The position numbers were made by a program, and so were the translations under genes. Source: an uncultured Clostridia bacterium (GTDB lineage Bacteria; Bacillota; Clostridia; TANB77; CAG-508). From it: DNA of 38,613 nucleotides. Below are positions 10,563 to 20,610 of the stretch, piece by piece (within the stretch, counting starts at the first letter, position 1; each line of letters opens with the position of its first letter). The DNA lies in assembly GCA_947625545.1 (NCBI GenBank), contig CANQOW010000003.1, positions 1-38,613 on the forward strand. Direction: 5' to 3'. The notes under the pieces were generated by a model. That model did not search any database. It worked only from the letters and a program-made list of their open reading frames with translations, and had not been told where the DNA came from.

Positions 10563-13500
10563 ATGAGTAAAAGAATATTAAACAAGGTATTAGCAGTTAT
10601 GATTTTAATGTCAATCACAATGCTAAACTTTTCATGGTTAGGAGAAGGAGTTTTAGCATTAAATGAAGACCTTGAAAATCAAAGTACACTTACAAATAAT
10701 GCAAGTGTTAATTTTGATGCTTATTTCAAGGACGAAAATGGAAACAAGATACATACAGTAAATACTAAAATGAATGAAGACTTAAATTTATACCTATATG
10801 GAAAAGTTGCAGAAGGATATTTAAAAGATATAAAAGTTACAATAAATAATGCAAATTTCTATATAGATGAAGAAAAAGTAACATATGGAGATATTGAAAG
10901 TGTAACTGATAATACAGTAACAATCAATAGAATTAGAAAAGATGAAGAATTAGAAGTAATAATTCCAATAAAATCTATTAAAGAAGATAATATTTCATTA
11001 GATATGTTTGGTAAACAAAATGAAATATCTATGGAAGCAATACTTGTAAGAAAAAATAGTAAAACAAAGAAAATATCTAAAACAATTAATACAATGGTAA
11101 ATTGGAATGAAGAAACAGAAAGTACAATAAAACAAGAAGTTTTAAAATACATACCATTTGAAATTGAAGGAAATAAAGGTGTAGTATTACAAACATTAGT
11201 AAAAACAAGTTTATTAGATAATAAATTACCAGTAAGAAATACAGAAGTAAATGTACAAATACCAACAATAAATGGAATAGCACCAGAAAAAACTTATGTA
11301 ATGGCTAATACATTAAAAGCAACAAATGGTAATAATGGTTTAGAATTTAACAACTCAAATTGGAAAATAGAAAATAATATAGTAACAATAAAAGTAAATA
11401 ATCAAATATATAATAACAAAGTAAATTGGTTAAAAGATTGCCAAGATGAATATGTTTTAACATACATATATGGAGAAGATGCATATAACTTAGTAAAAAA
11501 TACAACATTAAACATTACATTAAAAGCAGATACTAATATTACAAATTATATAAATGATGAAATTTCAACAAAAAATGATGTAATAAATGTAGAATTAAGC
11601 AATAAAATAAATGATATAGTTGAAACAGATTTAAAAGCAAAAGAAATAATAAATAAAGGATATATGTATACAGGATTTGAAACTCAATATAACGAAGAAT
11701 TAACAATAGATGTATCAAATGAGAACTTAGTTAATTCAGTTATAGTAAAAGAAAATGAAAGTAACTTTAATAATGAAGTTACAAATTCAACATTTAAAAC
11801 AACAAAAATTAGCAAAGTAAATTTTGAAAAGATACTAGGTAAAGATGGATATATAAAAATATATAACGAAGATAATGAATTAATAGCAACAATAGATAAA
11901 AATACTACTTTAGATGATCAAAATAATTATATTATAAACTATAATACAGAAATAAAATCATTAAAATTTGAAACAAGTAATATAAAAGAAATTGGTAAAA
12001 TAGTTATAGAAAATACAAAAATAATACCAGAAAAAACTAAATATACAGAAGAACAAATAAAACAATTTAGCCAAATACAAACAAAAATAGAACAAACTAT
12101 AATAAATAATGATAAAGAAATATTAAATTCTACAAAAGTATGTACAGAAAATCTTGTAGAACCAACAACACAAGTAGAAACAATTATTAGCAATAAAAAA
12201 TTATCTACACTAGTAGAAAATGAAGGAATAGATATTATAGTAGTATTAAAAAATTCAGAAATACAATGTAGATTATTTGAAAATCCTGTTATAGAAATTA
12301 AATTACCAAAATATATAGAAACATTAAAATTAAATGATATTACTAAAATATTATTTACAGACGAATTAAAGGTAAAAACTACAACATACAATGAAGAAAC
12401 TAAAACAATAAGAATAGAACTAGAAGGAACACAAACTAAATATAATGATATAACAGTAACAGAAGGAACTACTTTAACATTAAATGCTAATATAAAATTA
12501 GATGAAAATACAGAAGCAATGCAAGATAAAATAATTACAACAGTAACAAATAAAGGCGAAACAGCAAATGCAGAAACTGTTATAAATTATGTTATACCAA
12601 ATGAAGATGATGAAGAAGATAACAATATAACTGAAAATACAGATAATACTTCTAATGAAGAAGTAATAGATAATAAAGAAAATGTTGATAATAACAATAC
12701 AAATATTGAAGATACACAAAATAATATAGAGCAAAATGTAGAAAATACTGAAACAACAGTACCACAAAAACAAATTGCAGATATTAAAGTAATGCTAGAA
12801 AGCGATTTAAAAGATAGCAAACAAGTAAAAGAAGGTCAAAAAATAAACTTTACAGCAACAGTTGTAAATATAGGAAAAACAAACTTAAATAATGTTTTAC
12901 TTGAAGCAAATATTCCAGAAGGAACATCATATAGAGAATTTGTACCAGGTGGAAACTATTCTTATGACGAATATGTAACAGATAATAGAGAAAGTTGTTC
13001 AAAGAATATAGAAATATTAAAACCAGGACAAAGTGAAAAACTAGAATTCCAAGTAATAGTAAATGAAAAACAATTAAATATAGAAAAAATAGTTGCACAA
13101 GCCATTGCAAAAATTGAAGGATATGAAGATACAACTTCTGAAAAAATAGAAAGTACAATAATTGATGGAGCATTAAATATAGATTTAATAACAAAAGAAC
13201 ATTCAACAGAAAAATATACAGAAGGTAGTGAAATTACATTTATTGCTTATGTTGAAAATGTTAAATCTACAGATGCTACAAATGTAAAAGTTACATCTAA
13301 GATACCAGATGGAGTAACATTTAAAAATGCATATTTTGCAGTAAAAATGGATAATGATGGTAAAAAGGTACAATATAATAAAACAACAAATTCAATTATA
13401 TGGTCAATGGATAAACTATCAGCAAATACAAAAGCAGAGTTACAATTAGTTGGAACTGTAAATAATGATGTACAAGAAATAAAAAATCAATTTATTGCAA

Positions 13501-14975
13501 CATGTTCAGAAACAGCAAGTGTATCATCAAATGAAGTTACAAGATATGTAGATAAAGCAAATTTAAGTATATCACAATACTCTAATATTGAAGATACATA
13601 CATAAATGTTGGAGACAAAATAGAATATTATATTACAATAAAAAATGATGGAACAAGAACTGCAAAAAATGTAAAAGTAATTGATACATTACCAGATGGC
13701 TTAGAAGCAGTTACATTAAAATATATAAATGGAAGTCAAGAATCAGATGTAGTAGAATGTCAAAATAAAGAAATTACACTTTCAGGATTTGAAATTGAAG
13801 CAGGAGAAATGCTAGGTATTGTAATAAAAGCCAATGTAAGTAAACTTCAAGAAGGTGTAAAAGGAACTATAGACTATGTAAATAAAGTAAATGTAAGTGC
13901 TGATGGAATTAATTTAATAGAAGCAAACGAAATAGTACATAAAATAAAAGTAAAAAATCAATCAAATACAGAAAATACTGATAAATCATATTCAATATCT
14001 GGATTAGCATGGCATGATACATCAAGAGATGGAAAACATGATGATAATGAACAATTATTAAAAAATATTGAAGTAAGATTAATTACAAAAGATGAACAAG
14101 TAATTGCAAAAACAAAAACAAATAATAAAGGTGAATATGAATTTAAAAATATTGCTAATGGAGAATATTTAATAATATTCATATATGATACAACAAAATA
14201 TGAAATAACAACATATCAAGCAAAAAATGTTGTAGAAAATAAAAATTCAGATGTAGCAATACAAAAAGAAGATTTCATAGATGGAAATATAACAAAATTT
14301 GGTGTAACTGATGTAATTGTAGTTGATAATTCAAATATAAATAATATTGATATAGGATTACAAGATGCATATGTATTCGACTTAAGTTTAAATAAAACAA
14401 TATCAAAAGTTACAGTACAAAACAATGATAAAATAAAATCTTATGAATATAAAAATAAAACATTAGCAAAAGTAGAAATAGCATCTAAAGATGTAAATAA
14501 TACAACAGTAATAATTGAATATACATTCAAAATAACCAACGAAGGAAATATCGCAGGATATGCAAAACAAATAGTAGATTACTTACCAAAAGATTTAAAA
14601 TTTGCATCAGAATTAAATAAAGACTGGTACATAGGTAAAGATGGAAACTTATATAATGAAACATTAGCAAATACATTAATTCAACCAGGAGAAACACAAG
14701 AAATTAAACTTCTTGTAACAAAAACATTAAATGATAATAACTTAGGAACAACAAATAACTCTGCTGAAATAACAGAAAGTTATAATAACTATGGTGTAGA
14801 CGATATAGACTCAATTTCAGGTAATAAATCTTCAAAAGAAGATGATTATGGTTCAGCAGATATGTTAATATCATTAAATACAGGTACAATAGTAATGTAT
14901 ACAGGGTTAACTATAACAATGATTGCAATAATTATATTATCAATATACATGATAAAAAAGAAAGTTTTAGTATAA
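10563..14975 (+). CDS. Large cell-surface protein with DUF11-like repeats and an SdrD B-like domain
   Basis: Signal peptide; repeats such as VGDKIEYYITIKNDG...NVKVIDTLPDGL; ISGLAWHDTSRDG...TKTNNKGEYEF; C-terminal SLNTG + TM + KKK. Confidence 0.85.
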   Translation: MSKRILNKVLAVMILMSITMLNFSWLGEGVLALNEDLENQSTLTNNASVNFDAYFKDENGNKIHTVNTKMNEDLNLYLYGKVAEGYLKDIKVTINNANFYIDEEKVTYGDIESVTDNTVTINRIRKDEELEVIIPIKSIKEDNISLDMFGKQNEISMEAILVRKNSKTKKISKTINTMVNWNEETESTIKQEVLKYIPFEIEGNKGVVLQTLVKTSLLDNKLPVRNTEVNVQIPTINGIAPEKTYVMANTLKATNGNNGLEFNNSNWKIENNIVTIKVNNQIYNNKVNWLKDCQDEYVLTYIYGEDAYNLVKNTTLNITLKADTNITNYINDEISTKNDVINVELSNKINDIVETDLKAKEIINKGYMYTGFETQYNEELTIDVSNENLVNSVIVKENESNFNNEVTNSTFKTTKISKVNFEKILGKDGYIKIYNEDNELIATIDKNTTLDDQNNYIINYNTEIKSLKFETSNIKEIGKIVIENTKIIPEKTKYTEEQIKQFSQIQTKIEQTIINNDKEILNSTKVCTENLVEPTTQVETIISNKKLSTLVENEGIDIIVVLKNSEIQCRLFENPVIEIKLPKYIETLKLNDITKILFTDELKVKTTTYNEETKTIRIELEGTQTKYNDITVTEGTTLTLNANIKLDENTEAMQDKIITTVTNKGETANAETVINYVIPNEDDEEDNNITENTDNTSNEEVIDNKENVDNNNTNIEDTQNNIEQNVENTETTVPQKQIADIKVMLESDLKDSKQVKEGQKINFTATVVNIGKTNLNNVLLEANIPEGTSYREFVPGGNYSYDEYVTDNRESCSKNIEILKPGQSEKLEFQVIVNEKQLNIEKIVAQAIAKIEGYEDTTSEKIESTIIDGALNIDLITKEHSTEKYTEGSEITFIAYVENVKSTDATNVKVTSKIPDGVTFKNAYFAVKMDNDGKKVQYNKTTNSIIWSMDKLSANTKAELQLVGTVNNDVQEIKNQFIATCSETASVSSNEVTRYVDKANLSISQYSNIEDTYINVGDKIEYYITIKNDGTRTAKNVKVIDTLPDGLEAVTLKYINGSQESDVVECQNKEITLSGFEIEAGEMLGIVIKANVSKLQEGVKGTIDYVNKVNVSADGINLIEANEIVHKIKVKNQSNTENTDKSYSISGLAWHDTSRDGKHDDNEQLLKNIEVRLITKDEQVIAKTKTNNKGEYEFKNIANGEYLIIFIYDTTKYEITTYQAKNVVENKNSDVAIQKEDFIDGNITKFGVTDVIVVDNSNINNIDIGLQDAYVFDLSLNKTISKVTVQNNDKIKSYEYKNKTLAKVEIASKDVNNTTVIIEYTFKITNEGNIAGYAKQIVDYLPKDLKFASELNKDWYIGKDGNLYNETLANTLIQPGETQEIKLLVTKTLNDNNLGTTNNSAEITESYNNYGVDDIDSISGNKSSKEDDYGSADMLISLNTGTIVMYTGLTITMIAIIILSIYMIKKKVLV

Positions 14976-15006
14976 ATTTAGAAAAAAAGGAGGGAGAAAA
15001 ATAAGT

Positions 15007-18000
15007 ATGAAAAGTATATGTAAAAAAATATCAGCATTGTTATTAATAATTATAATGTTAACAAGTGTTTCGTTTAATGTAATGAGTTATTCAGAAATAG
15101 TAGATGGAGAATATCTAGAAGAAATAGAAACATTGCCAGATGAAGACGAAGAACATTTAGAAGATATTCAAACATTACCAGACGAAGATGAAGAAGAACA
15201 TCTAGAAGATATACAAACATTACCAGATGAAGACGAATATGAACATTTAGAAGATATACAAACATTGCCAGATGAAGACGAATACGAACATTTAGAAGAT
15301 ATTCAAACATTACCAGATAAATCTTATTATGATTTAATGATAACAAATAGAAATAATACTCAACAAGCATATAAAGCAAATGCAGTAGCAAAAAATATAA
15401 ATAAAGGTGATTCTTCAGATTATGATGTTCTATTAACGCAAGACCAAGATGGACAATACTATTATTGTATGGAAAAAGGTGGAGCATTGATGTTATACAC
15501 AAATGGAGGTGCTACACTAAGAGAATTCTATTATAGAGCAACACAATATAAAAGTATAACAGTAGAACAAAGTCTTGTATTAGCATACTTAAATGCAAAA
15601 GAATTAACTGAAATTGAAGGTATTTCTTTAAACACAAACAATAATAGAGAAAAAATAATTCAATACTATATATGGAAAACAGGTATAAATCAAGGAAATA
15701 CCAATATAAGTGTTCCAAGTATTTATGCAAATATAATTAGTAAATTACAAAAAAGCATAAATAATGAAATAAAAATAGGAAATGACATTATAAACATTAA
15801 AGATAAAACAATAACAATTAATGGAACAGAATATGAATTAGAAAATTTTGAAGCATATAAATATACATCAAAATTAATATATAGAAGAGATAACGGAAAA
15901 GGATATATAGAAAATAATTATTCTGGTTGTGGTCAAGAGATATTTGGATTTTTTAGTGAATTAAAAAGAAAAGATACTGACGAACCAGATACACCAAATA
16001 TTCAATTACATAAAACAAATGAAGACAATGTTGGATTAAATGGTGCAGTATTTTCAATATATGATAGAGAAACTGGAAAATTAATTGAACAATATGAAAC
16101 AATTAAAGATGGATATACAGATAGTATACCAGTAGAATATGAAAAAGAATATATTATAAAAGAAACAGATGCACCAGATGGATATGAATTATCAACAGAA
16201 TTTGTTATACTAACTATATTTGGTGATGAAGATTCAGCACAATATATAGTATATGATGAAAATGGAAATATAATAGAAGATGGACATTGGTCAGAAGATG
16301 AAATTTCATTAGATTATTTAATAATATTAACACTTGAAGATGAAAAAGATGAAACTCCTCCAACACCAACTATACCACCTACACCAGATATACCTAATAC
16401 ACCAGACACAACTCCAAATATAGAAGAAGCATATCCTTTACTAATGTATATTAAAGGAACAGTTTTCTTAGATGGTATAGAAGGAAAAGAATCAATTGCA
16501 GATGGATATTACAATAAAGAAAATAGTACCGATAAAGGATTAGCAGGAATAAAAGTTGAAATTTATGATGCATCAACAAATAAATTAGCAACATTTGCAA
16601 CTAAAGAGGCTTTAACAACAAGAAAGGAAAATAACAGAACATATATTATAGAAAATGTAGATTTTGATGCATTAAATAAATATGGAAAAGCAACTACATA
16701 TACAGATGAAAATGGATTCTATGAATTTTATGGATTAAATCCATCACATACATATTATATAGTATTTACATATAATGGTATGAGATATGTAGAAATAAAA
16801 ACAACTACAGAAACAGGCATAGATGTATCAGGATATGATATAAAATTAGAAAATGCTTCTAAAGCAACAGAAGTAGATAGAAAAGAAAAAATTATAGATG
16901 TATTTTCAGAAATTGGAACATATCCATATAACTACTATTCAAAATCAAAAGGTGGATATAATATAGCATACAATCAAGATGATGTTGAAGAAGCAATGAA
17001 AAATGGATTATCAAAATGTGGAAATAATTACGAAACATTATATAATAACTTATCAAAATATATGGATGAAACTATGGCATACTTTATTAAAGATTGTCAA
17101 GTAACTGCTAGAATAGATGGATTAGGAAATATATTAAAAGATGCTGAACAAAAAGTTAAAGAATATAATGGAAGTATAAAATCAAATACAGGAAATATGA
17201 TATATCCTGTTGTAGAAACTCATAATTACCCAAATATAAACCAAGTACAATTTACAAAAAATTATGGTTATACAATATATAGATTTTATGCAGATCCAAT
17301 TCCAGGTACAGTTAATGGAGAAACAGTAATTGTAGGTTATACTGAACCATACTGGCATAATGCAGGAACAGGAAGTGTTGGTACTTTAACTTATGATGAA
17401 CGTATAGACGGAGAATGGACTTCAGTTTCAAGCAAATTTATCCAACAAGACCAAGAATTAACTAATGCTTTAAATCAATTAATAGCACAAAGTAATGACT
17501 CAGTAAAATATGAAGCAAATATAACAGGAACATGGTTAGAACTAAAAGAAGGATATACTTCAGAAACAATAAAGGATGTACAATGGGCAGTATTTGATTT
17601 AAAAAATCAACAATATTTGAATGGTTGGTATGATAAATGTAAATCTGTTTCATATAAAGACGAATATAAAATGTTAACAGATAACTTAAAAACATTAAAT
17701 GAAGATATAACAACAAATCTTCCTTGTGCAAACTTAGGCTTACAATACAGAAGCACATTTGATATGGCTTTATATGATGATGTATTAAAAGCAGAAGTAA
17801 CAATAAATGGTGTTTTAGGAAATTATGATTATGATAAAAGAGCAGCAAATGGAAAAGCATTTAGTTTTGGTGTAAATGAATCAGATTTAAGAGCATATTA
17901 TACAAACTTAACAAATGGAAATGTTGAAGCTATAAGAAACTTAAAATACAATACTTCAATAAGTAGTACAGACGAATATATAAATTATGCAAGAACAACA

Positions 18001-20223
18001 GATATACATTATTCATCAGATGTTCCAAAAACTGATAATGGTATAGCACAAGCAGGTGGATATGATGATAATAATAATTCAATATATTTGACATATAGAA
18101 TACGTATAATAAATCAATCATCAATTAAAGGAACTATTACAGAGGTAGTTGATTATTATAAAAACGATTTTGAAGTAGTAAAAGTATATGATAAAGACAA
18201 CAACGAATATAGTTTCTCAAATTCTAGTATATATGCAAATAGAGGAACAAAAAATGATAATGTTGAAGGATATGACAAAGTATATATTACATTAGATAAT
18301 AAAGAACTTGCAAATAATGAATCTATAGAATTATTTATGATATTAAAAATGAAAGATATTCCTAATACATTAACAGAAGAAGTATTAAATAGTGAAGAAG
18401 GATATAAGACATTAAATTTAGCAGAAATTAATGGATATAAAACAACTAATGGATATATAGATATAGATTCAATGCCAGGAAATGTTGTTGAAACAAATAG
18501 ATTTGCTGAAGGAAAATATGAAGATGATGAAAGTAAATCACCTACATTAATATTTAAAAATCCAAATACAGAAGGAAGAACTATTTCAGGAATTATATTT
18601 GAAGATGTAGTAACAGGTGAAATATTAAATAAAGATACAACAAGACAATCATTAGCAAACCATCAATTTGATGAAAATGATACATTAATTGAAGGTGCAA
18701 CAGTTCAATTAATACAAATATTAGCAGATGGAACAGAAAAATTAAGTGCACAAACACAAACTGTTAATGGATCATATAAATTTACAAATATAAGACCAGG
18801 AAATTATGTTATAAGATTTGCTTATGGTAATACAGATAAAACAGCATTAACAACTAAAAATATAGTAGATGATGAAGGAAATACATTAAGTATGCCAAAT
18901 GAAAAATCATATAATGGTGAATCTTTTGAAAATACAGAAAAATTATCAAATACTACATTTGGTGCAAATGGATATTGGTATACAGATTCAGATATAGAAA
19001 CAAATACAAGATATTCAGATGCAGTTGATGATAAAGTAAGAAGAGAAGAAGTAACTAATAACTTTAAAACAATTATAAATGAAAATGCAGAAATATTAAA
19101 TTCATATAAAGATTCAAAAGTTAATAGAAGTCTTGTAACAAAATTAAAAGAACAAGCATATATGTTCGCTACAACTGATGTTATGAAACTTGAAATGGAA
19201 TATGTAGGAACTAAAAATGAAAACACTAATGGAAATACAACTACTGCAAATGAAGATGGAAAATATAATTACGTTTATGATATAACAAATGTTGACTTTG
19301 GTATAGTTGAACGTTCAAGAGCACAACTTGATTTAATAAAGAAAGTTTCATATATTTCTCTAGTAGATAGTACAGGAAAAGAAATTTCAGGTGGAACTTA
19401 TGAAGATTGGAAAAATGGAAATGTTAAATACGTTAGATGGATAATGGGCGAAGATGGATTTGTTGACATGGAAATAGACAAAGAATTAATAAATGGTGCT
19501 ACTTTAAAAATAACTTATGATATAACAGTAAAAGATAATAGCGAAGCGGGAAATGAAATTTCTGATATAGTAGTTATAGATTATGTAACAAACAATATAA
19601 ACTATGGTGCAGGTTATATAAATAATGAAGGTAATACAAACTCATTCTATGGTTGGGAAACTACAACAACTGATGATTTAATAAATATAGATAAATATGT
19701 AAATAGTAAATCTGCATTAAATACAGAAGACGACATAAATAAAATAGATTTATCAACATATCAAACTATAGTAAAAGCAACATTTAAGCCAGGAGAAACT
19801 AAGAAATTAACATTAGAAAAGAACTTATCTCCTGAAGAGGATTCAAACTTTAACTATGAAAATAGAGCAGAAATAGTAAGTTCAACAAATACAAAAGGTA
19901 GAGGAGATTATTCTTCAATATATGGTAACTTAGATCCAATGACATATACATCAAGACAAGGTAACTTATATTGGGATTTCATAAAAGGAGTAACAAGTTC
20001 TTCAGATAATGATACAGATAGTATTACAGAAAATACTGGAGTAAATCCAATAAGAATTGCAGAACCAGATTCAGCAAGTGCAGAAGAAACAATAGTTTCT
20101 CCACCAGAAGGTACAACAGGAATAGTAATTTCAGGTGAATACTTTATATTTGGATTAACATTATTAATATCTTTTGTAATAGGATTAATGCTTATAAAAA
20201 AATATAAAGAACTAGAAGCATAG
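15007..20223 (+). CDS. Large cell-surface adhesin: acidic repeats, probable thioester domain, SpaA-like and SdrD B-like domains
   Basis: Signal peptide; YYCMEKG, IQYYIW, GQEIF; E-box YIIKETDAPDGY; IKGTVFLD...TDENGFYEF; ISGIIFED...NGSYKFTNIRPGNY; C-terminal SPPEGTTG + TM + KKYK. Confidence 0.85.
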   Translation: MKSICKKISALLLIIIMLTSVSFNVMSYSEIVDGEYLEEIETLPDEDEEHLEDIQTLPDEDEEEHLEDIQTLPDEDEYEHLEDIQTLPDEDEYEHLEDIQTLPDKSYYDLMITNRNNTQQAYKANAVAKNINKGDSSDYDVLLTQDQDGQYYYCMEKGGALMLYTNGGATLREFYYRATQYKSITVEQSLVLAYLNAKELTEIEGISLNTNNNREKIIQYYIWKTGINQGNTNISVPSIYANIISKLQKSINNEIKIGNDIINIKDKTITINGTEYELENFEAYKYTSKLIYRRDNGKGYIENNYSGCGQEIFGFFSELKRKDTDEPDTPNIQLHKTNEDNVGLNGAVFSIYDRETGKLIEQYETIKDGYTDSIPVEYEKEYIIKETDAPDGYELSTEFVILTIFGDEDSAQYIVYDENGNIIEDGHWSEDEISLDYLIILTLEDEKDETPPTPTIPPTPDIPNTPDTTPNIEEAYPLLMYIKGTVFLDGIEGKESIADGYYNKENSTDKGLAGIKVEIYDASTNKLATFATKEALTTRKENNRTYIIENVDFDALNKYGKATTYTDENGFYEFYGLNPSHTYYIVFTYNGMRYVEIKTTTETGIDVSGYDIKLENASKATEVDRKEKIIDVFSEIGTYPYNYYSKSKGGYNIAYNQDDVEEAMKNGLSKCGNNYETLYNNLSKYMDETMAYFIKDCQVTARIDGLGNILKDAEQKVKEYNGSIKSNTGNMIYPVVETHNYPNINQVQFTKNYGYTIYRFYADPIPGTVNGETVIVGYTEPYWHNAGTGSVGTLTYDERIDGEWTSVSSKFIQQDQELTNALNQLIAQSNDSVKYEANITGTWLELKEGYTSETIKDVQWAVFDLKNQQYLNGWYDKCKSVSYKDEYKMLTDNLKTLNEDITTNLPCANLGLQYRSTFDMALYDDVLKAEVTINGVLGNYDYDKRAANGKAFSFGVNESDLRAYYTNLTNGNVEAIRNLKYNTSISSTDEYINYARTTDIHYSSDVPKTDNGIAQAGGYDDNNNSIYLTYRIRIINQSSIKGTITEVVDYYKNDFEVVKVYDKDNNEYSFSNSSIYANRGTKNDNVEGYDKVYITLDNKELANNESIELFMILKMKDIPNTLTEEVLNSEEGYKTLNLAEINGYKTTNGYIDIDSMPGNVVETNRFAEGKYEDDESKSPTLIFKNPNTEGRTISGIIFEDVVTGEILNKDTTRQSLANHQFDENDTLIEGATVQLIQILADGTEKLSAQTQTVNGSYKFTNIRPGNYVIRFAYGNTDKTALTTKNIVDDEGNTLSMPNEKSYNGESFENTEKLSNTTFGANGYWYTDSDIETNTRYSDAVDDKVRREEVTNNFKTIINENAEILNSYKDSKVNRSLVTKLKEQAYMFATTDVMKLEMEYVGTKNENTNGNTTTANEDGKYNYVYDITNVDFGIVERSRAQLDLIKKVSYISLVDSTGKEISGGTYEDWKNGNVKYVRWIMGEDGFVDMEIDKELINGATLKITYDITVKDNSEAGNEISDIVVIDYVTNNINYGAGYINNEGNTNSFYGWETTTTDDLINIDKYVNSKSALNTEDDINKIDLSTYQTIVKATFKPGETKKLTLEKNLSPEEDSNFNYENRAEIVSSTNTKGRGDYSSIYGNLDPMTYTSRQGNLYWDFIKGVTSSSDNDTDSITENTGVNPIRIAEPDSASAEETIVSPPEGTTGIVISGEYFIFGLTLLISFVIGLMLIKKYKELEA
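15109..15318 (+). repeat. Five tandem coding repeats (42-45 bp, last partial) encoding EHLEDIQTLPDEDE(E/Y)
   Basis: Units start at 15109, 15151, 15196, 15241 and 15286. Confidence 0.95.
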
Positions 20224-20230
20224 TGAATAA

Positions 20231-20262
20231 AAAATGACAGGTTATTTCTAACCTGTCATTTT
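20231..20262. terminator. Bidirectional intrinsic terminator
   Basis: AAAATGACAGGTTA / TAACCTGTCATTTT perfect 14-bp stem between convergent genes. Confidence 0.85.
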
Positions 20263-20304
20263 ACGTTTTTTAAACTCTAGTAAAATTTTAAATTATTAAC
20301 ACTT

Positions 20305-20487
20305 TTAATTATACAAATTATCTTCATACAAATCTTCTATAAAAACATCTCTTTCTTCGTTATTATCAATAAAGCCAACAGTAGCCATATTATTATGAAT
20401 ATCTTGTATCCAAACAGGTCTATCCTCGTAAAAAACATCAGTCTTTTCTTTAGACTTTAACATTTCTTGTATTCTTTCTATTTTCAT
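20305..20487 (-). CDS. sspH: H-type small acid-soluble spore protein
   Basis: 60 aa; R.QE...S.....V.Y...PVWIQ....N.A.V pattern of the SspH family. Confidence 0.75.
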   Translation of the reverse strand: MKIERIQEMLKSKEKTDVFYEDRPVWIQDIHNNMATVGFIDNNEERDVFIEDLYEDNLYN

Positions 20488-20610
20488 AAGTGCACCACAA
20501 CCTTTCAAAATAATCTATTAAAATTATACGTAAGATATTTAAAATTATTCAAAAATATCTATGAATTTAGACAAAAAAGTAGTATAATAATTATATTGGG
20601 GGAAAAAGTA

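Noticed and set aside
12598-12770. N/E/D/T-rich stretch (also Pro/Thr 16351-16420 and the acidic insert 8500-8580)
   Set aside because: Ordinary low-complexity linkers with no regular periodicity.
15109-15318. Possible CRISPR array
   Set aside because: In-frame coding repeats with no unique spacers, synonymous variation, and no cas genes.
20490-20610. LexA/SOS box upstream of uvrA
   Set aside because: No GAAC-N4-GTTC-like site visible.
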